64,000 nucleotides of DNA from an uncultured delta proteobacterium (GCA_963808235.1 CAWEEQ010000001.1:224001-288000), one strand, 5' to 3'. Positions 28,992 through 39,537 are shown, counted from the stretch's first letter. Numbers and translations: made by a program. The notes: a model not told the origin generated them from the sequence alone.

Positions 28992-29843
28992 CTAGGGGCG
29001 GGAGAAATCACCCTTCAAGTACATCGCGCCGGTCGGTTTATCGACTCCGCCGCGTGGCTCGAGAGTGATCGCACTTGCGAGCACTGTTTCATCGGGCGGC
29101 GGTAAGTCCAACGCGACGATCGTCGCGCCCTGACTGGATGGTTCGAACAGCCCTGCTTTGAGCGGACCTTGTTTTGCGCCGATCCACCAAACCTCGTAGA
29201 TGCGGTCATCGGGCGCGGGTGGAAGTCCGCTGACATGCAACATCGCGGCACCCTGCGCGCGGTTGAGCGCAACGGTTCCGGCGGCGGAGGCCGCAGGAGC
29301 GAGGCCGGCCAGATGGGCGACGCGGGCGTCGGCGCCGAGGCTCGCGAGAGTCAGATCGGTGGCTTGCGCGATGCGGGTCTGGAGCGCGGCGAGTTTGTCG
29401 CCGGTGGCCGCGAGATCGCGCTGGACCACGATGACGCGCGCGGTAAGTGCGGCGATTTCATTCGAGGTGTCGAACGTGATGCGGCGCAGGTGCTGTGTGA
29501 AGAAGATCGAGCTGGCGACGACTGCGACAAGCGCGGCTGCGGCGGCATAACCGAGCATCGCAATGCGCTGGCGGCGTGCGGGTTCGCGTTGCGACGAGCG
29601 ATTGGCGGGAGTGCGGCGGGATGCATCGAGACGCGACTGCAAATTGCTCCAAATGCGATCGGAGGGACCGTCGCCAGCCTCAGCAATTGCCATCGCGGCT
29701 AGTGCGTCGGCAAATGACGCGAGCTCGCGGGAGCATTCGTCGCATCCGGCGGCCAGATGCTCGTCAACCGCGCGTGCCTCATCGCCGTCGAGGCGGCCGA
29801 GGGCCTTAAGCGGCAGCAGGTCTTTGATCTCGGTGTGATCCAT
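28992..29843 (-). CDS. Anti-sigma factor, RskA-like with ZAS motif
   Basis: EHLAAGCDEC zinc motif, TM helix, C-terminal YEVWWI and AITLEPRGG..KPTG. Confidence 0.88.
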   Translation of the reverse strand: MDHTEIKDLLPLKALGRLDGDEARAVDEHLAAGCDECSRELASFADALAAMAIAEAGDGPSDRIWSNLQSRLDASRRTPANRSSQREPARRQRIAMLGYAAAAALVAVVASSIFFTQHLRRITFDTSNEIAALTARVIVVQRDLAATGDKLAALQTRIAQATDLTLASLGADARVAHLAGLAPAASAAGTVALNRAQGAAMLHVSGLPPAPDDRIYEVWWIGAKQGPLKAGLFEPSSQGATIVALDLPPPDETVLASAITLEPRGGVDKPTGAMYLKGDFSRP

Positions 29844-29848
29844 AGCGG

Positions 29849-30403
29849 CTAGTCGGCGCGTGCGCGAAGCGCGTCGCGAAGTCTGATCAATCCGCTGCGC
29901 ATCCTGCTTTTTACGGTACCGAGCGGCAGACCGGTCTGGCCGGCGATCTCGGACTGCGAAAGATCGGAAAAATATGCCAGGTGGAGCAGATCGCGTTCGC
30001 TCTCGTTTAACGTCGTGAGAGCCTCCTTGACCTTGGCGCGGCGCTCGGCGCTGTGAATTTTGTTGGAAGGATCGTCGTAGAGAGCGGGCTCGGGCGGATC
30101 TGTGTCGCGATGCAGCCGGGAATTTCGAGCGCGAAGACGATCGATCGCGCGGCTTCTGGCCATCATCATGATCCATGCGCCGACAGAGCCGCGGCCGCGA
30201 TCAAAACGCGATGCGTCGCGCCAGAGTTGCCACAAGACGTCGGCTGCGACCTCTTCGGCGTCGGCCTTGTCGCGCAAGATACGTTCCGCGACCACGTCCA
30301 GCGCGTGACCGTAGCGTCGATTGAGAGTCTGCAAGGCATGCTCATCTCCATTGGCCATGGCAGACACGAGTGCTTCGTCGGAAATCCTGTTGTGCGCGGC
30401 CAC
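29849..30403 (-). CDS. ECF sigma-70 factor (SigK-like)
   Basis: DAEEV, FDRGRGSVGAWI, RAIDRLR, LSQSEIA..GLPLGTVKSRMR. Confidence 0.92.
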   Translation of the reverse strand: MAAHNRISDEALVSAMANGDEHALQTLNRRYGHALDVVAERILRDKADAEEVAADVLWQLWRDASRFDRGRGSVGAWIMMMARSRAIDRLRARNSRLHRDTDPPEPALYDDPSNKIHSAERRAKVKEALTTLNESERDLLHLAYFSDLSQSEIAGQTGLPLGTVKSRMRSGLIRLRDALRARAD

Positions 30404-30453
30404 TTGGCTTCTATTCTAATATACGGCGCGCGCAGGTCGGTGGATTGACGCTG

Positions 30454-31671
30454 CTAGCCGAGGGCGCCGGAGGCGACCAGCTCGCTGATTCGGGTTTCGT
30501 CGTAGCCGAGGATGTTTTCGAGCACATGCTGATTGTCCTGGCCGAGTGAAGGAGCAGCGCGCAGGACGCTGGCCGGGGTGCGCGAGAGTTTCGCGCGAGG
30601 GCCTTCGACGGTGAATTGGCCGAGGGTCGGATGTTCGAGCGCGACGAAATGGCCACGGTGGACGAGTTGCGGATCTCGATACGCGGCGGCGCTGTTCTGC
30701 AGCTGGTGACTGGGAACGCCGTGCGACTGAAAACGAGATTCGATCTCGGCGGATTCGCGGGTGCGGGTCCACGCGGTGATCGACGAGTCGATAGCGTCGC
30801 GATGCTCGCGGCGTCCCGCGGCGGTTGCGAGGCGCGAGTCGCTTGCGAGGCCTTCGTTTTTCATTGCGGAGCAGAGGCGGCGCCAATCGTCATCGTCGCG
30901 GCAGACGATCGCGACCCATTGCTCATCACCAAGAGCGGGATAAACGCCGTGGGGCGCGAATACTGCGTCGGAATTTCCGACCCGACCATCGACGCGGCCG
31001 TTTACCGTGTAGTCGAGAATCGCGGGACCGAGAAAATGAATCGAGCATTCCGCTTGCGACTGATCGATATACTGACCTTCGCCGGTGCGGCGCCGATAAT
31101 CGAGGGCGGCGAGAATCGCCATCGCGCTGAAACGCGGCGCAACGTAATCGGTGTATGCGCCGAAAACTCCGGCGGGAGGCCGGTCGGGCCATCCGGTGAG
31201 ATTGTGAAAGCCTGCAAATGCGGCGGCCATATTGCCAAAGCCGGCGATTTTCGCGAGCGGCCCGGTTTGTCCCATCAGACATGAACTCAGCATGATGAGC
31301 GCGGGATTGACCTTGCGCAGCGATTCGTAGTCGAAGCCCCATGCGCGCATCGCCTTGGGAGAGAAGGACTCGGTGACTACGTCGGCCCATCGGACGAGAT
31401 CGTGCACGACTTCGCGCGCAGCGGGATTGCCGAGGTCGAGCGAGATTCCCAATTTGCCGGCGTTGCAATTGGCGAACAGGCCGGAGCTGTCGGGGCCGAG
31501 CTTGTTGTCGAGATACGGCTGGAGCGTGCGCGCGGTATCGATTCGAGTGGGGGATTCAACGCGCACGACGGTCGCGCCGTAGTCGGCTAGAATCCGCGTC
31601 GAGGCGGGGCCGGCCATGACCCACATGAAGTCGCAAATCTTGACGTTGTCGAGTGGCAGACGATTCGGCAT
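30454..31671 (-). CDS. Class III CoA-transferase (CaiB/BaiF), BbsF-like subunit
   Basis: MAGP..ADYGATVVRVE, NAGKLGISLDL, AYTDY (catalytic Asp), GEGQYIDQS. Confidence 0.9.
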   Translation of the reverse strand: MPNRLPLDNVKICDFMWVMAGPASTRILADYGATVVRVESPTRIDTARTLQPYLDNKLGPDSSGLFANCNAGKLGISLDLGNPAAREVVHDLVRWADVVTESFSPKAMRAWGFDYESLRKVNPALIMLSSCLMGQTGPLAKIAGFGNMAAAFAGFHNLTGWPDRPPAGVFGAYTDYVAPRFSAMAILAALDYRRRTGEGQYIDQSQAECSIHFLGPAILDYTVNGRVDGRVGNSDAVFAPHGVYPALGDEQWVAIVCRDDDDWRRLCSAMKNEGLASDSRLATAAGRREHRDAIDSSITAWTRTRESAEIESRFQSHGVPSHQLQNSAAAYRDPQLVHRGHFVALEHPTLGQFTVEGPRAKLSRTPASVLRAAPSLGQDNQHVLENILGYDETRISELVASGALG

Positions 31672-32918
31672 CAGATGATTCCCGCGCGGGTGAGTTCGGT
31701 GATCTCGCGCTCGCTCAAGCCGAGCTCGCCGCGGTAAATTTCAAGATTGTGCTCGCCGATGGTTGGCGGGCGGAGCCGGTACTCGAGCGGCGTCGCGCTG
31801 AATTTTGCGAACGGGCCGGGATACAAGAAAGACTCGGCGAGCTCGGGATGGGCGACGTTCCGGAAGTACTCGCGCGAAGCGAATTGCGGACTTTCGACGA
31901 CTTCGGCAATTGTCGTGACCGGAGTGATCAGAAATCCACGCTCGACCGCGAGCTCGAGCAGTTCGGCCTTGGTGAGACTGCGGGTAAAATTTCTTACCAG
32001 TTCCTTTATTCGATCGAATTCCGAGAGCGGCTCGACGCCGCTGAATAGCTGTTCTCCGAACGCGATCCAATCCTTGTCGCGGGTGGCCTCGTCACAAAAG
32101 CCCTGCTCGCAGACGAAGCGCATCAGGCGGGCGGTGAAAACGCCGAGCGCGGAGCCGAAGAGGAAAGTCATCGCGACGAATCCGTCTTTCGCGGGCCATA
32201 CCAGCGGGATTTCGATCGGGCCGATTTTCACGCCGCCCGATATGCGTTCCATTTCGGGCGAACCGAGCGGAGCCGCCAGAATGTGCGACTGCGTCGCCAT
32301 CGCAACCGATTGCTGCGCGGCGACATCGATGTGTTGCCCGAGGCCGGAGCTGGTGCGCTCGTGATGAGCAGCGAGCGCAGCGACTGCGGCGTCGGCGCAG
32401 GCGTGCAGATAAGCTTGCGGAATAGATAGGCGGACGGGCGGGCGATCCGCGTCGCCGGCGAGGATGAGCGGTCCTCCGGCGGCCATGATGATCAGATCGC
32501 TGTCGGCATACGTTGCCTTCGGACCGTCCTGACCAAACGGCGTGATCGAAACGTAAATGAGCGCGGGATTGAGCCTGGCGAGATCGGAGAAGCCGAGTTT
32601 GCGTTCCGCCAGGTAGCCGGGATTGTACGACTCGATCAGAAAATCGGCGCGCTCGACGAGACGAAGCAGAAGCGCGCGGCCCTGGTCGCGTTCGATGTCG
32701 AGAGTGATGGAGCGCTTGTTGCGATTGTAAGCCCACCAATGGAGCGAGCGATTCGGATGTGGCTGGTCCTTGTAAAACGGGCCGATTTGGCGCGCCGGAG
32801 ATCCTCCGACCGGCTCGACCTTGATAACGTCGGCGCCCATATCGCCAAGCATCTGGCCGCATAGAAGGCCGCGCTCGGTGGTGAGATCGAGGACGCGATA
32901 TGGCGACAGCATCGACAT
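31671..32918 (-). CDS. Class III CoA-transferase (CaiB/BaiF), BbsE-like subunit
   Basis: GADVIKVEP, NRNKRSITLD, SITPFGQDGP, PQAYLHA (no catalytic Asp), GLGQHIDV. Confidence 0.9.
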   Translation of the reverse strand: MSMLSPYRVLDLTTERGLLCGQMLGDMGADVIKVEPVGGSPARQIGPFYKDQPHPNRSLHWWAYNRNKRSITLDIERDQGRALLLRLVERADFLIESYNPGYLAERKLGFSDLARLNPALIYVSITPFGQDGPKATYADSDLIIMAAGGPLILAGDADRPPVRLSIPQAYLHACADAAVAALAAHHERTSSGLGQHIDVAAQQSVAMATQSHILAAPLGSPEMERISGGVKIGPIEIPLVWPAKDGFVAMTFLFGSALGVFTARLMRFVCEQGFCDEATRDKDWIAFGEQLFSGVEPLSEFDRIKELVRNFTRSLTKAELLELAVERGFLITPVTTIAEVVESPQFASREYFRNVAHPELAESFLYPGPFAKFSATPLEYRLRPPTIGEHNLEIYRGELGLSEREITELTRAGII

Positions 32919-33022
32919 GCGACAAAGTTTGAGTAGAAGCCTTGCCTACCTTGCTATGCTCGTTGGGTTTTCGGCAAGGGCGTGCGGCTATGTGCTGAGG
33001 GTGTGCGACTTCACCGGAGAAG

Positions 33023-35440
33023 TCAGCGGGCGATGCGATGGCGGCCGGGGCCAACCTCGCGGGAGGCGAGCGGTGCATCGTCGAAGGTCACGCGCGCGGT
33101 CACGCCGTCCGGGATCGTGATTTCGCCGCCGCGCTCGCGATCGAGTTTCACCTCGATTAGTCCGTGCGGAGTGGGTACGCGGCCTTCGAGGTATCGGAGA
33201 GAGCCGAAGAGGGGACTGATTTCGGCGCGCGAATAGCCGGGCGCCGCGGGTCGCACGCCGAGGACCCAAGTGGTCAGATCGTAAGTTGGGGTGGCGGACC
33301 ATGCGTGGCAGCGGCTCCCAGTGCCGACGCGAGCGTCCCAGTATTCCTCGAAACAGCTGTCGCCGCGCTCGATCTGCGGCCACCATTTCATGCATCGCGC
33401 GGGAATCAGATTGCGTCGGTCGGCGCGGACGATCGCGTCATGCAGGAAGTGCGAGAAGAACGGCTGTGCCGCGACGACGTTGCGCTCGACGTCGAAGGTC
33501 ATGTGCTCGTCGGGATCCATATGCTGGGTCAGATACGCGGAGAGGTTGTCGGAGATGGTGGGCGTGATGGCGACGCGCGATTCGTCGAGGACATAGTCGA
33601 GCATCCGGGGCCAGCGGTCGCGCGGGGCGCATCCGGAGACGATTGCGATCGCGTTGGTCTGCTGGCTCACGCGGCGGCGCGGGCCGTTGCTGTTGGCGGC
33701 GTCGACGTAAACGCCGGCGGCTTCATCCCAGAGGAGGTTGAACGCAGCGCGGGTTCGCTCGGCGCGATTGTTCGCGTCGGCGGTGGCGTGCGAATCGGCC
33801 ATGACAGTCCATGCGAGCGCAGCAAAATCATCGAGCGCCGCGGCGTAGAGAGCATCGAGGGCGCCGGTGACTTCGGAGCGCTCGGTCATCGCCCAGTCGA
33901 TGAAGATCCATCCCGGCATCGAGCGAATCAGACCGTCGGGTGCGCGGTAACGCTCGAAGGCGTCGAGGATGCCGGCCGCGGTGGGCATCAGTTCGCGCAC
34001 GGTTGCGCGGTCGCCGGAATATTCGAAGTAGCGGGCGAGCGCACGAATCCAGTGGAGTGAGTAGTCGGGAATGGTGGTCGAGGAAACGGAGAGATCGCCC
34101 GCAGCGGCCATCGCGAGCAATCCGTCGGCGCGTCGCGAATGCGCGCAGACGCGCAGATGGCGCCGGACCAGGCGCCAATCGGTGCTGGTGGTGTAGGTCA
34201 GCAGCGCGTGGATGTAGGAATCGCCGAGCCAGGCGCGCTGCTCGCGGCCGGGGCAATCGATGAACGCGTCGGTGGAGCACAGTTCGAGAGTGCGCGCGCC
34301 GACGCGCCAGATTTTGTTGAGTGCGGGATCGTCGCACTCGAAGTGGGCGTCTGCGTAGCGCGGATAGCGGCGCTCGATCGCGCCGACGGATTCGATTGCC
34401 GCACCACCGCGCGTGACGATCGACAAATAGCGGAAGCCGACTGATTCGTAGGACTCGACGCGCTCGGCCGCGCCGGCGCCGCCGACGATATAGCGCATCG
34501 CAAAATGGCGCGGCCTGGTCTCGGCGGTGGAATCGGCGCGGAGGTCTTCACCGCAATAGAAATCGACGATCGAGCCGGCCCGGCCGCGCACGACAGCCCA
34601 CGGTGTCGCGAGCGTAATCATGCCGGCGTCGTAGGTGACGATGGAGTCGGGGCCGGTGGCGGAGGCGTCGGCGGTTGGGTATGCGTGATGCGGATCGTCA
34701 ACGTCGAGACCTGCGACGCCGCGGCGCGACAGTTCAGTTAGACGGATACCTAGCGCGGTGAGCGGCGCGATGTCGTCATGCTCGGGCGCGGTGAAAGGCT
34801 CGACGGGGATTCGTTTGCGATTGGGCGAGAAGGTTCCCGCGGACAACTCGACGGCGGGCTCCCAATCGGAATCGTCGAAATCCGCGGCGGCCCATCGCGC
34901 AGGTACCGCTGCGCCGTCGAGAATTTCCACCGGCGGAACGGGCAGCGCCTGCTGTTTCACGACGTCCTGCCGATATGGCGCGGGGCGTCCCTTCCACGAC
35001 GCATCTGAACTCACCCCAATAGCTGTTGATTCGAAGGCGAACGATCCGAACCCGATCAGGAAGCTGGGCGCGGCCGGACGCCACCATGGACCGGGCAATC
35101 CGTAATAGCGCACGAGCGCCGCGATCGCGTTGCGCCCCGGATGAAGAAATTGCGCGAGGTCGATCTCGTTCCAGGCGAGACGCTCGGGCACGGAACGCGC
35201 GGGTCCGCGAGCGACCTCGACGTCGTTGACGAAGAGCACGAAGCGCGAATCGGCAGTCACGCGAGCGGGGACCGACGCGGGTATCGATTTGAGATCGATC
35301 GATCGGCGCAAGTAGCAGAATCGATTCCAGGTTTCCCTGGGCGGAATTCCGGCGGGCGCGATGGGAGAGACGGGCGTCGCAGCTGGCGCTGCCCAAATCC
35401 AACGGGCGTTCCAGACTATCGGCCATTTCGATTCGGGCAT
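33023..35440 (-). CDS. Alpha-L-rhamnosidase-like glycoside hydrolase (GH78)
   Basis: VTADSRFVLFVN, DCPGREQRAWLGD, FIDW, SQQTN, SRCHAWSATP, VPTPHG. Confidence 0.85.
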   Translation of the reverse strand: MPESKWPIVWNARWIWAAPAATPVSPIAPAGIPPRETWNRFCYLRRSIDLKSIPASVPARVTADSRFVLFVNDVEVARGPARSVPERLAWNEIDLAQFLHPGRNAIAALVRYYGLPGPWWRPAAPSFLIGFGSFAFESTAIGVSSDASWKGRPAPYRQDVVKQQALPVPPVEILDGAAVPARWAAADFDDSDWEPAVELSAGTFSPNRKRIPVEPFTAPEHDDIAPLTALGIRLTELSRRGVAGLDVDDPHHAYPTADASATGPDSIVTYDAGMITLATPWAVVRGRAGSIVDFYCGEDLRADSTAETRPRHFAMRYIVGGAGAAERVESYESVGFRYLSIVTRGGAAIESVGAIERRYPRYADAHFECDDPALNKIWRVGARTLELCSTDAFIDCPGREQRAWLGDSYIHALLTYTTSTDWRLVRRHLRVCAHSRRADGLLAMAAAGDLSVSSTTIPDYSLHWIRALARYFEYSGDRATVRELMPTAAGILDAFERYRAPDGLIRSMPGWIFIDWAMTERSEVTGALDALYAAALDDFAALAWTVMADSHATADANNRAERTRAAFNLLWDEAAGVYVDAANSNGPRRRVSQQTNAIAIVSGCAPRDRWPRMLDYVLDESRVAITPTISDNLSAYLTQHMDPDEHMTFDVERNVVAAQPFFSHFLHDAIVRADRRNLIPARCMKWWPQIERGDSCFEEYWDARVGTGSRCHAWSATPTYDLTTWVLGVRPAAPGYSRAEISPLFGSLRYLEGRVPTPHGLIEVKLDRERGGEITIPDGVTARVTFDDAPLASREVGPGRHRIAR

Positions 35441-35450
35441 CGACGAACCT

Positions 35451-36605
35451 TCAGTACGGGCGCGCAGCTTTGCCGATGATCTCGCGCGCAACGAGAGTCT
35501 TCATGATCTGCGCGGTGCCGTCGCCAATCTCAAGCCCGATCACGTCGCGCAGCCGCTGTTGATGAGGCAGGTCGAGACTGAATCCGAGATGCCCGTGCAA
35601 CAGCAGGCATTGATGGAGCACTTGTGCAGCCAGCTCGGGCGCAAGCCATTTGGCGCCGGCCGCGAGCCATCCGTGGGGTTCGCCGCGATCCTTTAGCCAC
35701 AACGCCTCGTAACAAAGTAGTCGCGCGGCGCGGAGCCGGATCGCAGCCTCCGCGAGCGGGAACGAGACGCCCTCGAAGCGAGCGAGTGGCGCTCCGAAAG
35801 CCTCGCGCTCGGCGACGTATGCGCAGGTTTCATCGACGCTCTGCGTCGCGGCCCCGATACACATGAGGCCGATGAGCGAGCGGCTGAAGTCGAAGCCTTG
35901 CATCACCTGGACGAAGCCGGCGCCCTCCGCGCCGATGCGGGACGCGACCGGCACTCGCACCGCGTCGAAGAATAGCTGGCCGCGGCCGATCGCACGTGAG
36001 CCGAGATCGCGAAATCGCGTGCGAGTGACACCGGGTGAGTTGAGATCGACGTAAAAGGCGCTGACGCCGCGAGCGCCAGCGTCGGGCGCGCCGGTGCGAG
36101 CCATCACGATTGCGGTGGCGGCTGACGACGAGAAGGAAATGGAAGTCTTCTCGCCGCTCAGCAGATAGCAGTCGCCCTCGCGCCGCGCTTGCATCGCGAC
36201 GTGCGCGGCGTCGGAGCCGCCGGCGGGTTCGGTGACGCCCAACGCGGAGACGATTTCGCCGCGGCAGATCGGCGGAAGGAACGCGGCCTGCTGGCGGGCG
36301 TCGGCACTGCGCGAGATTATCGCGCCGACCAGAGCCGAGAGCAGCAGGACGTAGGCGGCGTTGAAATCGCCACGCGCAATTTCCTCGTGCGCGATCCCGA
36401 GTGAGACATAGTCGAGTCCAGAACCGCCGAGCTGAGATTCGACCATCGGCGCGAGCAGGCCAAGCTCGCCAAGTTTGCGAATCAGCGATGGCGGCAGATC
36501 CTCGTCGCGGTCGCGCGATGCGTAATTGGGAAGGAGTTCGCGGCGGGCGAAGTCGCGCAGGGTATCCTGCAACAATTTCTGCTCGGCGCTGAGCGCAAAA
36601 TCCAT
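35451..36605 (-). CDS. Acyl-CoA dehydrogenase (cyclohexanecarboxyl-CoA dehydrogenase AliB/BadJ-like)
   Basis: TEPAGGSDAA, GEKTSISF, QGFDFSRSLIGL, QQRLRDVIGLEIGDGTAQIMK. Confidence 0.88.
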   Translation of the reverse strand: MDFALSAEQKLLQDTLRDFARRELLPNYASRDRDEDLPPSLIRKLGELGLLAPMVESQLGGSGLDYVSLGIAHEEIARGDFNAAYVLLLSALVGAIISRSADARQQAAFLPPICRGEIVSALGVTEPAGGSDAAHVAMQARREGDCYLLSGEKTSISFSSSAATAIVMARTGAPDAGARGVSAFYVDLNSPGVTRTRFRDLGSRAIGRGQLFFDAVRVPVASRIGAEGAGFVQVMQGFDFSRSLIGLMCIGAATQSVDETCAYVAEREAFGAPLARFEGVSFPLAEAAIRLRAARLLCYEALWLKDRGEPHGWLAAGAKWLAPELAAQVLHQCLLLHGHLGFSLDLPHQQRLRDVIGLEIGDGTAQIMKTLVAREIIGKAARPY

Positions 36606-36616
36606 AGTCGCGAGTC

Positions 36617-37036
36617 TCAGTTGGACGGAGCGTCTTTGGTCGGCAAGGTCGCGGCCTGCGGCGGCGCTCCAGTCGGGCCGACCCAGTCGGGAAGGCTCTG
36701 GAGGCCGCCGAGATGAACGTAAGGAGCCGGTCGTTCGACCGTCTGGTCGCTGTTGTTGTCGCCCATCTCGTCCTGGTAGTGCTGGGTGACCTGCTTTTTC
36801 ATTTCATCGGGCGACATATTCGGCTGCATGCCCTGGCTGTGCGAAAAGTCGGCGCGGCTTTTCTCATCCATGTTGAGCCAGATTTGACTTGCCTGCGCGG
36901 AATTGCCGTGATTCATCGCCTCGATGAATTTCTGCTGATCGGTTTCGCGATGCCAGCATCCTGCGAGGGCGATAGCGAAGGCCGCAATCAGCAGGACGAG
37001 TGTCGGTTTGATTTTCGATGGCATCGAGTTTCGCAT
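36617..37036 (-). CDS. Hypothetical lipoprotein
   Basis: Signal peptide ending LAGC; fits the gap in the minus-strand operon. Confidence 0.7.
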   Translation of the reverse strand: MRNSMPSKIKPTLVLLIAAFAIALAGCWHRETDQQKFIEAMNHGNSAQASQIWLNMDEKSRADFSHSQGMQPNMSPDEMKKQVTQHYQDEMGDNNSDQTVERPAPYVHLGGLQSLPDWVGPTGAPPQAATLPTKDAPSN

Positions 37037-37043
37037 TGCGCCC

Positions 37044-38153
37044 CTAAAACGTGATCACACTTCGAATCGATTTGCCCTCGTGCATCAGGTGAAAGGCGTC
37101 GTTGATTTTTTCCAGCGGCATGATGTGCGTGATCAAGTCGTCGATGTTGATCCGGCGATCCATGTACCAATCCACGATTTTGGGAACGTCGCGCCGCCCG
37201 CGCGCGCCACCAAAAGCGGTGCCTTTCCAGGTGCGTCCGGTGACGAGCTGGAACGGGCGCGTCGATATTTCCTGGCCCGCACCGGCGACGCCGATGATGA
37301 CGCTGGTTCCCCATCCACGCTGGCAGCATTCGAGTGCCTGGCGCATGAGCTTGGTGTTGCCGACGCATTCGAAAGAAAAATCCGCGCCACCACGGGTCAG
37401 GTTCACGATATGCGGCACCAGTTCTCCGTCAACCTCGGCGGGATTCACGAAATGCGTCATCCCGAATTTCTCGGCGATCGCTTTTCGCGATGGATTCAGA
37501 TCGACTCCGACGATCATCGATGCGCCTGCCATCCGCGCGCCCTGCACGACGTTCAGACCGATACCGCCGAGTCCGAAGACGACCACTCGATCGCCCGACT
37601 GCACCTTTGCGGTGTTGAGAACGGCGCCGATTCCGGTCGTGACGCCGCATCCGATGTAACAAATCTTGTCGAACGGGGCGTCGTCGCGAACCTTCGCCAG
37701 TGCTATTTCGGGCACCACCGTGAAGTTCGCGAAGGTCGAAGTGCCCATGTAGTGATGAAGCCTCGCGCCGTCGCGCGAGAAGCGGCTGGCGCCGTCGGGC
37801 ATGACGCCGCGAGCTTGAGTCTCGCGAATAGCGGTGCACAGATTTGTCTTGCCGGAGAGGCAGGCGGGACAGTTGCGGCATTCGGGAATGTAGAGCGGGA
37901 TGACGTGGTCGCCACGCTTGAGCGTCGTGACAGTGGGGCCGACCTCAACCACGACGCCCGCGCCCTCGTGTCCGAGAATCGCCGGGAACAATCCCTCGGG
38001 ATCGGCGCCGGAGAGCGTGTATGCGTCGGTGTGGCAGACTCCGGTAGCTTTGATTTCGACCAGGACTTCGCCCGACTTGGGCCCTTCGAGGTCAACGGTT
38101 GTGACTTCGAGCGGTTTGCCGGGTTGATTTGCGACTGCCGCTTTAACTTTCAC
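37044..38153 (-). CDS. frmA: S-(hydroxymethyl)glutathione dehydrogenase / class III alcohol dehydrogenase
   Basis: CHTDAYTLSGADPEG, GHEGAG, PECRNCPAC..TNLC, TRPFQLVTGR. Confidence 0.95.
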   Translation of the reverse strand: MKVKAAVANQPGKPLEVTTVDLEGPKSGEVLVEIKATGVCHTDAYTLSGADPEGLFPAILGHEGAGVVVEVGPTVTTLKRGDHVIPLYIPECRNCPACLSGKTNLCTAIRETQARGVMPDGASRFSRDGARLHHYMGTSTFANFTVVPEIALAKVRDDAPFDKICYIGCGVTTGIGAVLNTAKVQSGDRVVVFGLGGIGLNVVQGARMAGASMIVGVDLNPSRKAIAEKFGMTHFVNPAEVDGELVPHIVNLTRGGADFSFECVGNTKLMRQALECCQRGWGTSVIIGVAGAGQEISTRPFQLVTGRTWKGTAFGGARGRRDVPKIVDWYMDRRINIDDLITHIMPLEKINDAFHLMHEGKSIRSVITF

Positions 38154-39039
38154 GATTCGATTCTTTTCGCGCGCGCAATCCTACAAAACCGTCGCGAATC
38201 GCGAGCTTGCCTTCACCGTTGATGACTTCGAAAAAGATGCCTGCACTCGTCGGGTCGGCGAGAATGCGGAGCGTCAGCGTGGACGGCATCGTCACCATCG
38301 CGCCGAATCGGCAGGCGATCCTGCTCACGCGGGCCGGATCGGATTGCGCGCGTGACTCGACGATGCGCGACACTGCAAGCGCGAGCGTCGCGGTGCCATG
38401 AAGGATGATCGCGGGAAGACCGGCGGCACGCGCGACCGCGGCGTCGGTATGAATCGGATTAAAGATGCGCGCGCATTCGGTGTAGATGTGCGCCATCCCG
38501 GCGGGCACCGGGATTTTGAGCTCAGTCTGCGTTTTCTCGAGTGCGTCGGCGTGCGCAGCGGGCGGCATCGAAAGATCGGCAGGGCGGTCGGGACCTTCGA
38601 CCGCGACACCGCGATAGATCGACCCGTACCATGACGTGCAAACCGGAGCGTCGCTCGCATCGACTGTGTCTAACCGCGTCAATTGATATGCGCCGGGAGT
38701 ACGGCTTTCGACGCCCGCAATTTTTAGCCGCGTGCGGAGCATTTCAGGCGGACGGATCGGCCGATGGATGATCAAATCGTGAGTCGCGTGCACGCCGCGC
38801 ATCGCTTCTTCGTCGGTGAGCGAATTGGTTTTGAAGAGACGGCGCATCGCGACGATCAACGGCCATTCGAAACAGACCGGGAACATCGGATGTGCCACAA
38901 GATGGTCGGAGCGAAGCGTGTCCAGGTAGACGGGGATCGAGTCGCCGAGCGACGCCGCATAGGCCATCGTCCATCGCGCGTCGATGTCGGTTGCGGCGGG
39001 CTCCGAGACAGTGCCCACGATGGAAGAACTGAGCGGCAT
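38143..39039 (-). CDS. MaoC-like double hot-dog dehydratase
   Basis: RGVHATH, FNPIHTDAAVARAAGLPAIILHGTAT. Confidence 0.82.
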   Translation of the reverse strand: MPLSSSIVGTVSEPAATDIDARWTMAYAASLGDSIPVYLDTLRSDHLVAHPMFPVCFEWPLIVAMRRLFKTNSLTDEEAMRGVHATHDLIIHRPIRPPEMLRTRLKIAGVESRTPGAYQLTRLDTVDASDAPVCTSWYGSIYRGVAVEGPDRPADLSMPPAAHADALEKTQTELKIPVPAGMAHIYTECARIFNPIHTDAAVARAAGLPAIILHGTATLALAVSRIVESRAQSDPARVSRIACRFGAMVTMPSTLTLRILADPTSAGIFFEVINGEGKLAIRDGFVGLRARKESNRES

Positions 39040-39144
39040 CAGTTACTTTTACGCGCGCAGGCTGGCGGCGTCCACCGCTCCGGCTTGAAGCGACACCCGA
39101 TTGGTGCCAAACCAATCTGAACGCAAGTTACAGGCAATACGACG

Positions 39145-39537
39145 ATGGCCACGGGCGAGATCAATCACGTGGATCTGACCGTGAGCAGTCTTGAGCGCTC
39201 CCTGCCATTTTACACCGCGGTCCTGGAATTCCTCGGTTATCACAAGTCAGGCGGCAACGCGGTGTTCAAGAAGGGCGGAACCGAAGTCGCGCTTGAGCAG
39301 GCAAAGGTCGAAAGCGCATCAAAGGTGCACGACCGCTACGCGCCCGGGTTGCATCACCTTGCCTTTACCGCCGAAAGTCGCGACGAGGTCGACCGAGTCT
39401 ATGGGCTTCTCATAGAGATGGGGGCTCGCATCCTCGACCCGCCTGCAATCTATTACCAGCCCGACTATTACGCGGTATTTTTCGCAGACCCGGACGGAAT
39501 CAAGCTCGAACTCTGTCACAGGCCGGGTAGAGACTGA
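39145..39537 (+). CDS. VOC family protein
   Basis: INHVDLTV, PGLHHLAF, YYAVFFADPDGIKLE. Confidence 0.9.
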   Translation: MATGEINHVDLTVSSLERSLPFYTAVLEFLGYHKSGGNAVFKKGGTEVALEQAKVESASKVHDRYAPGLHHLAFTAESRDEVDRVYGLLIEMGARILDPPAIYYQPDYYAVFFADPDGIKLELCHRPGRD

